A DNA stretch of 64,000 nucleotides, the filler included, from Collodictyon triciliatum (lineage: Eukaryota): NCBI GenBank assembly GCA_043381765.1. It is 25 parts of 25 records of this genome, joined end to end, with 100 filler letters (N's around TTAATTAATTAA, not from the genome) between each part and the next. Parts side by side here need not be neighbours in the genome. Positions count along the whole stretch, not along the records: positions 12,252 to 14,628 come from JBHJMP010009000.1; positions 14,729 to 17,105 come from JBHJMP010009001.1; positions 17,206 to 19,582 come from JBHJMP010009002.1; positions 19,683 to 22,058 come from JBHJMP010009003.1; positions 22,159 to 24,534 come from JBHJMP010009004.1; positions 24,635 to 27,010 come from JBHJMP010009005.1; 19 more parts are not named here. One strand, 5' to 3'. The notes under the pieces were generated by a model that saw only the letters and a program-made list of their open reading frames with translations, searched no databases and was not told where the DNA came from. Shown here one piece after another: positions 14,493 through 25,054 of the stretch. The translations under genes and the position numbers were made by a program. Numbering within the stretch: the first letter of the stretch is position 1; each line of letters starts with the position of its first letter.

Positions 14493-14586
<94 letters not shown>

Positions 14587-14628
14587 TTGATTATCGGTAA
14601 AAAAAATCTAACTCTGTATTATAGGAAC
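12514..14628 (+). CDS. Secreted/surface LRR protein with plant/stramenopile-type LRRs, 3' truncated; seven consecutive 69-nt LRR exons
   Basis: Signal-like LLVVFVVITFMVSSTSS; N-cap LVQLYDLLGGNNW..GW..ICEWHGISC; repeats LxLxxNxLxGxIPxF. 69-nt exons at 13575-13643, 13708-13776, 13835-13903, 14004-14072, 14163-14231, 14289-14357 and 14419-14487; the next exon starts at 14625. Confidence 0.9.
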
Positions 14629-15004
14629 NNNNNNNNNNNNNNNNNNNNNNNNNNNNNNNNNNNNNNNNNNNNTTAATTAATTAANNNNNNNNNNNNNNNN
14701 NNNNNNNNNNNNNNNNNNNNNNNNNNNNAAAAAAAAAAAAAAGAAGAGAAGAAAAAGAAGAGAAGAAAAAGAAGAGAAGAAAAAGAAGAGAAGAAAAAGA
14801 AGAGAAGAAAAAGAAGAAGAAGAAAAAGAAGAAGAAAAAGAAGAAGAAAAAGAAGAAGAAAAAGAAGAAGAAAAAGAAGAAGAAAAAGAAGAAAAAGAAA
14901 AAAAAAGAGAAGATTAAAAAGTGTCACTCGTGCTACTTGCCCGAACGAAAAACAGAGAAGAGAAAAAAACGAAGAGAAGATAAAGTCGCCGCTGCAACGA
15001 GCTC

Positions 15005-15369
15005 ATGGCACAGTGGCAGTCTTACGTGGACGATGTACTCGTCGGCTCTGGAAAGGTGACGCATGCTGCGATTCTAGGCTGGAATGGGGTGGTCTGGGCC
15101 AAAACAACGAGCTTTGAGGTTGGTAGCTCGTTCTTGCAAGGATAAGCAAGCGCGAAGTCCTTTCTAACTCATTTATTCGACCACCTTTGTTGCGCATGAA
15201 AGATTCAGCCTGAGGAGGGGGCGGCTTTGTCAACATTATTTCGCTCCCAAGAAGGCCCTCAAACAGCAACGGTTTCTGTTGGCGGAGTCCGCTACATGTT
15301 TCTTCGAGGAGATGACCGAACTGTACAGTGTAGAAAGGTAGGACTATCATTTCAAGTGTAGATATACCT

Positions 15370-15464
<95 letters not shown>

Positions 15465-15656
15465 TTATCCCCTCATGTGTGCGTGCTTGCTCATCCATTT
15501 TTTCCATTTGCTTATTTCAAGGGTTCCTCTGGTGTCGTTATAGCTCGAACAAAACAAGCTTTGGTTGTTGGCGCATATAATGAGACCATTATGCCAAATA
15601 TTGCAACGTTGGCCGTGGAAAAGCTTGCAGATTATCTGATGGATAATGGTGTGTAG
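15005..15656 (+). CDS. Profilin (127 aa; exons 15005-15118, 15203-15337, 15522-15656)
   Basis: MAQWQSYVDDVLVGSGKVTHAAILG..VGGVRYMFLRGDDRTVQCRK|GSSGVVIARTKQALVVGAY..VEKLADYLMDNGV*. Confidence 0.95.
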
Positions 15657-18167
15657 ATCATCGTGGGAGCAGCCTCTTTTGTGGTGAAATTATCAAAAGA
15701 CGCACTATAAAAGAACATTTAAGCACACATCATACGAGTAAGGGCCTTCCTTACAGACTAATGTTCATGATTATGAAAGCGCTCGCTTTTGTGATGGAAA
15801 GATACGTGAATGTCCAGCACTAAGAAAGATGCTTTCTTTTTATGTTGCTGCTGCTGCACTTTGGAATTATTGCTGGTGAAAAGCCACTGAATACAAATAT
15901 TCCAGCCCGTACAGTCTGTAATGTAAATCATTCACATTCATCGTTTACTCATCTAGAATCAGGATACATGAGCCTTATCATATTTATATGCACCATGCTA
16001 TCGCCAGGCTTGTATGCAAGTTTTTTTTTCTTGTGCAGCTTCAATACTAACACGTCAACTGGCATATACGTAGCTTTTGCGGCGTAGCGACTTTTAAAAT
16101 GGCATAACTTACTACAGATGCTGTAAAAATTCAAGGCCTTATTAGTATGAAAGGGGGTTTTTAGACAGGATACGAAATATAAGTTTAAGATATGACGTGC
16201 ACATCTGGTGATTTTTATACTCAGAAAAGTTGTGAAGCTATGATGTAGTTGGCAGTATGGATGATACTTTTCGTTAAGCACCTTTCTTTGTAAACTACAG
16301 ATATTGTTTGGTTAGACAACAAATTATTATCTTTTCTATCGCCAAAACTTTGATTAATCGTCGGCTTAGCATTGACATTCACGCATTCACAAATATGGCT
16401 TCGTGTGTGTAAACTTCGAGTGAAGAACTATTCTACAAATGAACTGTAAAAGTATGTACTAGAAAAGCCCATGGAGATAAAATGTGAAAACTCTAGAGCT
16501 TACCAAATTTCTCCTTTTATTCGATTCAAATGGTCCAGAGCTAACCTGTTTAAATGGTTTAAGAGAGAGGGAAAATTATAGGAGTATGTGTGACGAGTAG
16601 AAGTGTGGGCAAAGCAAACTGGAGATGCGTATGATACCATTTTTGTTACTAGAAAATATGATCAATATATATCTTTATTTTAAAAACAATAAGAATACTA
16701 ATAAATCTACCTTGCTGGATTTTTCTTATATTTCCTTTCAATTTCTGCAAGATGGTGGATGTTTGGCTTTGGTTCACTAATCGTCATTTATATGGGCGCT
16801 ACAATCCACCCTGCTGGATAATAAAATAAGTGAAATAACAAAGGGTGAGACAACGGCATACGAGGGGTGAATCTCAAACCACCATGGATACAATATAGTT
16901 CGCATTTGCATGTTTTAAAAATGGCAAATACGTGTTTCTTTCTTTTCTTTTCTTTTCTTTTTTTTCTTTTCTTTTTTTTTTTTGGAACGGATAAAGCGAA
17001 TCTTCTGGGATGCAGAATGGCGTCACACACAACAATTCACATAGTGAATCTATATGGGTCACCCATATCCAACACAGGCTAACAAAAACAAAAAATCAAA
17101 AAAAANNNNNNNNNNNNNNNNNNNNNNNNNNNNNNNNNNNNNNNNNNNNTTAATTAATTAANNNNNNNNNNNNNNNNNNNNNNNNNNNNNNNNNNNNNNN
17201 NNNNNTTTCTTTTTTCTTTTTTCTTTTTTCTTTTTTCTTTTTTCTTTTTTCTTTTTTCTTTTTTCTTTTTTCTTTTTTCTTTTTTCTTTTTTCTTTTTTC
17301 TTTGCCAGCATCTTGGAGGCCACAACGCGCGCTCTTGTTGCTGTGTTTCAGAGCGAATACTATGATCCATTTTGTCATGATGATTGTTTTGCTTTTCTTT
17401 CCTTTATGGAATGCTAATTCACACGAGTTAAATTTAAAATTCAGTACATTTCCTTATTAATAGTAATTTATTTATTTTAAATGTATTTGTTGATTTTTGG
17501 CTTAAAGATTGAATATGCTTTCCAAAACTGGTGCTCACGAAGTCGTATCTCATTATTGTGGAAAAATAAAACATACATACATAATTCAAAATTGTACCGG
17601 CGAAGACCATCATAAACCCAATAAAAATAGTCTATTAGTATATATTGATAGCTAAAAACATTTTGTGTCACAATCCTCATTCGAATCTTCTTCTGGCGGG
17701 GGTTTTCGTTTCAATTACTGCAAACCAGTTTTCAAAAATATCGATCTCTGCCTCACAGGAAACGTGGCGATTTCTGGTTGCGATGGACTCGCTCACAGGA
17801 AAACCCTTCTTCAGAGAACTGCTTGTGCGCTTATGCCACTGGCCAAAAACAACATTACAGTCACTCTATGACCAGCTGCAACATATTTTTGTTCTATCGT
17901 TGCGACCTCTGACGAAATAAAAAACCAATAAAAAAACCAATAAAAAAACCAATAAAAAAACCAATAAAAAAAACCAATAAAAAACCAATAAAAAAACCAA
18001 TAAAAAACNNNNNNNNNNNNNNNNNNNNNNNNNNNNNNNNNCCAATAAAAAAACCAATAAAAAAGCCAATAAAAAACCAATAAAAAAACAAAAAAACAAA
18101 AACAAAAACGAAGCAGATCAAAAGCCGTTCCGCTATTGAGTGATCTGTTTAAAATGAAGCGCAAACC

Positions 18168-18194
18168 CTTTGAATCGAATAAAGGATAAAAAAA
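18168..18194 (+). mobile_element. ~27-bp LINE 3'-tail insertion with 17-bp TSD (1 mismatch)
   Basis: aaaatgaagcgcaaacc (18151-18167) | ctttgaatcgaataaaggat(A)n | aaaatgaagcgtaaacc (18195-18211). Confidence 0.9.
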
Positions 18195-18639
18195 AAAATG
18201 AAGCGTAAACCGGTCGCATTTCGTCATTTTTTTCCACCGAGGCAAACCACCTCATTTCTTCGATGCATACCAGGATATAAACCCAAAAAATGATAAAACG
18301 AAGAGATACTCCGAATAGAAAATGAGTTCTTTGAATGATTGTGCTGAAAACGAAGTTAGAACTGCGGTGTGTCAAACACACGTTATATTGAATCCCGACA
18401 CACCCAATATAGGTTTTCTCATGTATTTTTCGCGTTCTCTCCGGCCGCGAAAGAGCCCCAGTCACGGAGAACAATTATTGGAGCAACTTCATCGGAACTT
18501 ACCATTTCGTGGGGATAATGCTGCCTTTATTCTGCATGTCTAGAAACACCTTTTTCACTCACCTAACCCATCACATCTCTCATTGAAAGAACACCAGCGA
18601 CAACATGCATTTCGTTGAATTGAGAAAACCACCCTTTCT

Positions 18640-19545
18640 TGCAACTGTAAACTTTAGAAAACCCATGATTCTAATGCTGCCATAAAAAATTAACCAATCA
18701 GTGTACAGCGATTGCAGGCAGTTCTTCTGGCTCCAAGACTGGCGCGGAAAAACCCCGAGTTGCACGTAAGTCCAGGAAGACGCGTGCAAGGAAGCCGCCT
18801 GCAAGTCTGTCTGAGCGGACAGTATTTTTGCACGGGGTCGAGCAAACAGTTTACAACAAGAACAAGGCCCGCAGACTCACAGATGCGCTCGCCTCCTTCT
18901 TGAAAGCGAACAAGCTTTGCGAAGAGTCCATCCAGTTGCGCTTACCGGACAGCGAAGGCCTTTGCCTGATTTCCTTCCGCGCTGCAGAAAACGTCCGAAA
19001 GCTTCTCGAGCTGAAGCAGGTAAGTTTGAGCGATATTATAAAGAAGCTTCGGCAGAAGTAAATCAACAAAAACATCGATGATGCCCTACTAACTACCGCT
19101 GGACGTGTGGCTGCAACTCCTTCGTGAGGAACTGAAGCCATTCAGACCGACCCACATGGAGATCAAAAAAGAACAAAGGCTTCTTCACAGACACGGCCGT
19201 GGTGAAGCTTCTTTGTCACAAAAACCAGCTCCCTGCAAAGTTTACGGTCATGGGTAAAAGGTATCCCAAGCGCTATCCTCAAAGAGCGTCCGCCAGCTGC
19301 GAACAACGAACGACAAGTAAAAGCCCCGCAAAAGAATACACCCGCCAAGCAGATAAGCAGCAACGAGGTCAAGGAAGCTAACGCCAGGCAACAACAGAGC
19401 CCGCAAGACTCACAGCAGATACGCGCATACAGCGACAGTGACAACGACATGGAAGGAAATCTCGGTTCCTCTTCAGAATCGTCGCACTTGAGCCCTTCAC
19501 CGCCAACACCGGACAAGCTCGCACATCGCAAGACCGAAGAGTAAC
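18640..19545 (+). mobile_element. Putative degraded non-LTR retrotransposon ORF1 (L1/Tx1-like gag)
   Basis: GC-richer, intronless, frameshifted frames: CLISFRAAENVRKLLEL (RRM-like), LPAKFTVMGKRYPKRYP (resembles the ORF1 lP..i.i.g....v.y motif), then a disordered tail. Weak similarity only. Confidence 0.35.
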
Positions 19546-19547
19546 GC

Positions 19548-19582
<35 letters not shown>

Positions 19583-19684
19583 NNNNNNNNNNNNNNNNNN
19601 NNNNNNNNNNNNNNNNNNNNNNNNNNTTAATTAATTAANNNNNNNNNNNNNNNNNNNNNNNNNNNNNNNNNNNNNNNNNNNNCA

Positions 19685-22058
19685 GACGGACTCGCCATTA
19701 CATCAACCAACCCTTCCATTTCGGTCATGAGCTCGCCTCCAAGAGTGATATCTGTCTCCAACGGATGCGGATACTATGTCAATGTGCAGTGGAGCTCCTG
19801 CAGTAATAGCCTTGGTGGCGGACTCGGACTCGTCAACTTGAATCTACCCAAGATTACTCAAATAGCAGTGACTGTCACAGATACTAAAATCACGAGTGCC
19901 AATGACCTATCAACAACTGTTGGCATACCCACGAAGAGCAACCTGAAGGTCATGTGCACGTTTGAGAATGGAAAGCAAAGTGACTACACATTAGACTCCA
20001 GGACAAACTATGACGACACTACTGCCGATACAAGCAATATAATCCAAATTGAGACGGCAATGGTGTCATCCAGCATCACAGAGGTCTATGTGGTTGCAAC
20101 AGGCAATGGCTTCGGAACCGCGACGATAGTAGTGACAGTCAACAACGCACTGAGTTTGCAAGGAAGCGTGGACATCAATGTGATTGGATTTGCGTCGCTG
20201 CGTGTCTCGTCCAGTCCATATCCAACATACACAGGCTCCAGCACAGTGTTACTGACAAAGCTGACTCGCTATGAGTGCGCACAAGTCTATCAAAGAGCGA
20301 CGCTGGCATTGTCCATGAGACTAACTGACAACTCTGTGCATGACATCACGTCAAAACCATTGACCGTATTCTCTGTACCCACAAGTCAGCAAAATGTTTT
20401 GGTTATCAAAGACAAAACAGTTCTTGAACCAACTGGCACAAACTTCGGAAATGCTACAATCACAGCCTCATACGGAGATGCGTCAGCTACAATAGACGTC
20501 GTGGTTGCGGACGAAACTGTGAGTGCAACATCGCTAGCAACCGTGTTTCCGTCAACATACACTGGTATCATCGGAACATCAACACAAAGCATCAAAGCGA
20601 CTGCCGTGTTCCAAGACGGAACAAAACATCCAACGGCTCACTCCATCACTGGCCTATTATCTTACACCAGCGATGACCCGACTTCAATAGCTATGGACAC
20701 CGCAGGAACTGCAACCATAAAAGCAAACTCACTCAGTATTGTAACGCTTACATCATCAACATGTTATGGAGTCGTAGGAACGTCGAGCACCTATGCCAAT
20801 CTTGGTCCGAATGTCGGCGATGTCGATATTGGAAGCACGAGCGGCCTTGCATTGAGTAACATCGCAGTCGGGTCCAGCTTGACAGTTCCTGTTCGTGTCA
20901 ACACGGGAACAAAGGCACTTGGAAGTATCGATAGTAGTCTTGTGTATGACGCAGACATATTCGATGTAATATCCTACTCTACTGGAAGTAGCTGGCCAGG
21001 TGGACAGTTAGAGATTACGCTGAACGACCCACCGGGAGTCATTCGCATTGTGGGAGCGACAAGTGCAACCAGCAACTCAAAGGGCACATTGGAGGTTGTC
21101 AAGCTAGTCATCACAAGCAAACAGAACGGACTATCATACTTTGCTGGCTTCATAACCAAGATGCTAGCTAACGATGCAGCGTCTTCGCCAATCGGAAGCA
21201 CACTTGGGCAAGGAGAGACAAGAGCAATAGTGGCTGGTAACGCTCCAGTAAAGAGCGGAACGGGCATCAATTCGAGGGCTTCTTTGAGTAATGGAATGAA
21301 TTTGGTTCTGGGACATCAAAGAACTGAAGCCATACAACAAGTTGGCAGGAAATCACAGACATGCGAACCAGCTGCTGTTCTTGGAAATACAGACGGAGAC
21401 TGCGAGTTCTCAGTCGGCGATGTCCAGTTTACATTGAGATATCTGGCCGGACTGGTCTCGGCACCAGTCCAGTCCTACCAACTTCAATACTTGGATGCGG
21501 ACAGAAATGGTAAGATTCAAGTACAAGATGCGATATACTTGATTCGAGTGCTGGCAAACAAATGGCGATTCTTCAATGTCCGCACCATAGCACCCACAAT
21601 ATCCAGCTCATATCTCCAAGTTTCAGTTGACTCGCAGACAGCTGATATGGTGTACTCGTCGGCCAAGACGTCATATGATATAATTTTCTTGACAACATTG
21701 AACACAGATATGAGGATTACATTAGGGACAAACAAACAGACGTTGGCCGAAGGGCTACAGGTATCGGGCCAGGACTTCAACAACGGAACGTTCAGTGTCA
21801 TTGGAAATACATACAGGTCAGAGGTTATTGGTGTCTCCATCCATCTGAAGACTGTCGACGGTCTTGGGCAGTCATCGAATGACCGAGACGTAACATTATA
21901 TCAAGGAGTAGGAGGCACGTATGTGAGTTTTACAACAATAGCCGCTATATTTGACGCAACCCAATCCCAATCCCAATCCCAATCCCAATCCCAATCCCAA
22001 TCCCAATCCCAATCCCAATCCCAATCCCAATCCCAATCCCAATCCCAATCCCAATCCC
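19685..22058 (+). CDS. Large intronless surface protein: TMEM132-like bacterial-Ig (BIG) repeats, cohesin domain (~20860-21250), dockerin (~21380-21565), QS repeat; open at both contig ends
   Basis: More than 790 aa open frame, rich in Thr/Ser/Val. Cohesin-like VGSSLTVPVRVNTGTKALGSIDSSLVYDADIFDV..PPGVIRIVG..GTLEVVKL. Dockerin duplicated Ca-loops GNTDGDCEFSVGDVQFTLRYLAG and DADRNGKIQVQDAIYLIRVLA. Confidence 0.8.
21960..22058 (+). repeat. (CCAATC)n coding microsatellite = (QS)n
   Basis: In frame at the end of the 19685 ORF. Confidence 0.9.
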
Positions 22059-22166
22059 NNNNNNNNNNNNNNNNNNNNNNNNNNNNNNNNNNNNNNNNNN
22101 NNTTAATTAATTAANNNNNNNNNNNNNNNNNNNNNNNNNNNNNNNNNNNNNNNNNNNNGTTGAGAG

Positions 22167-22249
<83 letters not shown>

Positions 22250-22455
22250 CTATTGTTTTTCCTTTTCCAAACTCTTTGATACCAACGTTTCTTTTGGAAC
22301 AATAGCACACTTTGGATGAAAAAAAAAAAAAGACCTTTGTATATTGTAGAATTCCAAAATTTTTAAGGGATTTTTGATATGAAGCAGAGTACCAGATTAT
22401 TTTATTTTATCATTTTTATTTAATCATATTTATATATTTACATCTCACTATTAAG

Positions 22456-22748
22456 ACAGCAATATTGATTCAATTAGTATTGCGGTCCAGTCGAGAATCA
22501 CACGCGCAAGATACGATGCACCTCAACAGCCGCAAAAAGTCATTAGTGCAACTACAGGCGATTCGGTGCCTATTGACAAAAGATATGCAAACAAGGCGTT
22601 TGTGCGTTTCAGCTCCTTTGTCCGCCACAACTACCAAATAACGTATCCTACCTTTTCAAACAAGGATATCATGATTTTGATCGCACAAGCATGGCGCGAT
22701 TTAGATGAGTACCAAAAAAAACTACTTTCGCAGTCCACTCTACTCTAA
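22456..22748 (+). CDS. HMG-box protein exon (partial; possible homopolymer frameshift at ~22720)
   Basis: NKAFVRFSSFVRHNYQITYPTFSNKDIMILIAQAWRDLDEYQK matches the HMG-box consensus (AF..F...r......P.lsn.eI.k.i...W+.L). Confidence 0.65.
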
Positions 22749-23182
22749 GCAACTGTATTTTGTTGACATGACAGCCGGTGTCCATTCTGTTCCGAAGAAA
22801 ATTGGGCATCTTCAATGAAGAACACAGTTTGCATCCATTACGCATGGAATCAAAAACGCTGGGTGATTATTTTAAAAATTACCACATTATCCTCCTTTTT
22901 TTTATTTTATCATTCGTTTAATTTTATGCTTGGCGAACCAAAGCCGACATCTCCACTATCCTACGAAAAAATTGAAAGGAAGAATAAAAAAAAATCATTC
23001 ATTTAACTTTAATGAGACAATTTTTGTCTTTCATATCTATGCCGAAATGTATGGAGTTTTAGATAATCTCTATCCCCAATTTCTTTTTTATTCAGCAAGT
23101 TAATTGTTATTTATATATATATATATATAAACAGCCTTTTATAATATAATTATTATTGGGGTACTCACAGACCAAAACGAGC

Positions 23183-24265
23183 TTTTTTTTCCTATATTCG
23201 ATTCAAAATGCAGCGAAGTTATGCCATACAAAGGGGCGGGATGGGAGCGCATGGTAGAGAGCGAACGCGAGTAGGAGAAGACACTACCGTGGAGAGGGTA
23301 GCACTGGAAAGAAATCAGTGATAGCGAGTTGGTCAGGTGGGCGACCCAACTGGTTGATTGGTTGCGTGGGTAGCAGGGGTTGGATATGCTGTGGGAGATA
23401 TCGCACGACACATTCCCACATCTCTATCCGCTTGCAGTCAGAGTAGCGAAGAACGCGGGCGTGTTTCAGCAGGCTGTTCAGGAAGCTGCATTGCACGAGG
23501 CTTTCTGTCATGGATATATTGATTTCTCGTTCGTTCGAATCATTAGAGTGAGAGAATGCACGCACACTCCATAAGGGCCACAGCATATGTCCCCTTGTGA
23601 CTGTCCAGAGTATTCTAGAGTCGTGGGTCATTTGGTATTGTGCACCAAACAGGATGTCAGACGCGCTGAGTCGGTTGGGAGCATAATCAAGGTCAGAGAG
23701 CATCTTGTGGGTAGACTCTGTCACTTTTTGAGCAAGGGAGCACTTCGCAAATGTGTGTTTGATAGAGTCGTCTCCACTATGGCACATGGTGCATTCTGGA
23801 GAGGTCGTTGCTGCATGGACTACGTACACAACTATCCACAGCTCTCTGTTGGAGATATTGAGCAGTAGGGCGCGGTGTTTCGGGAGTAACTGAGGTAATC
23901 GGGCTTGCTTCCAGCTTTTGACTATTGGCGGGTCTATAATGCCTATAGTTTCGGCCCAACGACTCATCTTCTCCGGTTTGTAAGGATTCGGACTGATGAT
24001 TTTATATCGAAACAGCTTGGAGTATGCCATGGCCATCGAGAAATGCAGAGAATCAGGCGTAATGGACCGCCTTTGGTTCTTCAGGCGAAAGAAAAATGGC
24101 AACGGCGCTCCGTATGAGATGGGGCGACGTGAGCGCCATTCTCCTTTGTTTTTCGGGACGGCTGTGGTTGGGGTTGTTTCTTTGGGGTGTAATCTTTTAT
24201 CTTCCTTGTTTGGTTCAAGAAAAGATATCTTGAATTTAGTAGTTTTATTCTTAACTTTACTGCCG
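23183..24265 (-). mobile_element. 5'-truncated L1/Tx1-like LINE: ORF2 C-terminus (zf-RVT/CCHC), ~95-nt 3' UTR and poly(A)
   Basis: ORF 23284-24102 has SPECTMCHSGDDSIKHTFAKC and LWPLWSVR. The 3' UTR is near-identical to 27111-27277 and ends ...gaatcgaatatagga(A)n. Confidence 0.85.
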
Positions 24266-24443
24266 CTTCACATTCTTACCTTCACTTTACGCATGATAGT
24301 CTCATTTAGATTAAGATAAAAGAATATAAACAGCTCAAACTCTACATAGATTTAGAGGAATTGTCAAATGTCGAAGGAGGTAAGCTAGTTCAGAGCAATG
24401 GAGAGGTCTTTTTTCACGCTTGATTTATTTTTGTTATAAATGT

Positions 24444-24534
<91 letters not shown>

Positions 24535-25054
24535 NNNNNNNNNNNNNNNNNNNNNNNNNNNNNNNNNNNNNNNNNNNNTTAATTAATTAANNNNNNNNNN
24601 NNNNNNNNNNNNNNNNNNNNNNNNNNNNNNNNNNTGTTTTTTATTGTTTTTTATTGTTTTTTATTGTTTTTTATTGTTTTTTATTGTTTTTTATTGTTTT
24701 TTATTGTTTTTTATTGTTTTTTATTGTTTTTTAATTGTTTTTTATTTTGGTTTATGGATTTTTTTTGAGGGTTAAGTTTGATCAAAACCTAAAAAAATGT
24801 CGACGCTGTCGAAATAGGATTTAGAGTATTGAAGGGAAAGAATTTATCTGAAGGGATGTGCAATTCGGGAAGTAAGGAGAGAAAATGAGTCAAAAACGGT
24901 CAATCTCTTTGGTGTGGTAGTATTTGCAATCTGATAATAGATTTAAGTTCAGAAGATGAATGTTTGAAAGTGTCCCTGTATATAATTCTAATTGTTAGTT
25001 AGCTTTGGAATGAAACTTACTTATTCAGTCTGAAGCAGCTCGATTCACACGAAG

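Noticed and set aside
15700-17100. Possible spliced gene or stop-codon reassignment on the minus strand
   Set aside because: No recognisable protein could be assembled. Conserved genes here end in TAG and TAA at the expected positions, consistent with the standard code.
21960-22058. (CCAATC)n as a telomeric repeat
   Set aside because: It is in frame with the 790-aa ORF, encoding (QS)n, and not seen at other contig ends.
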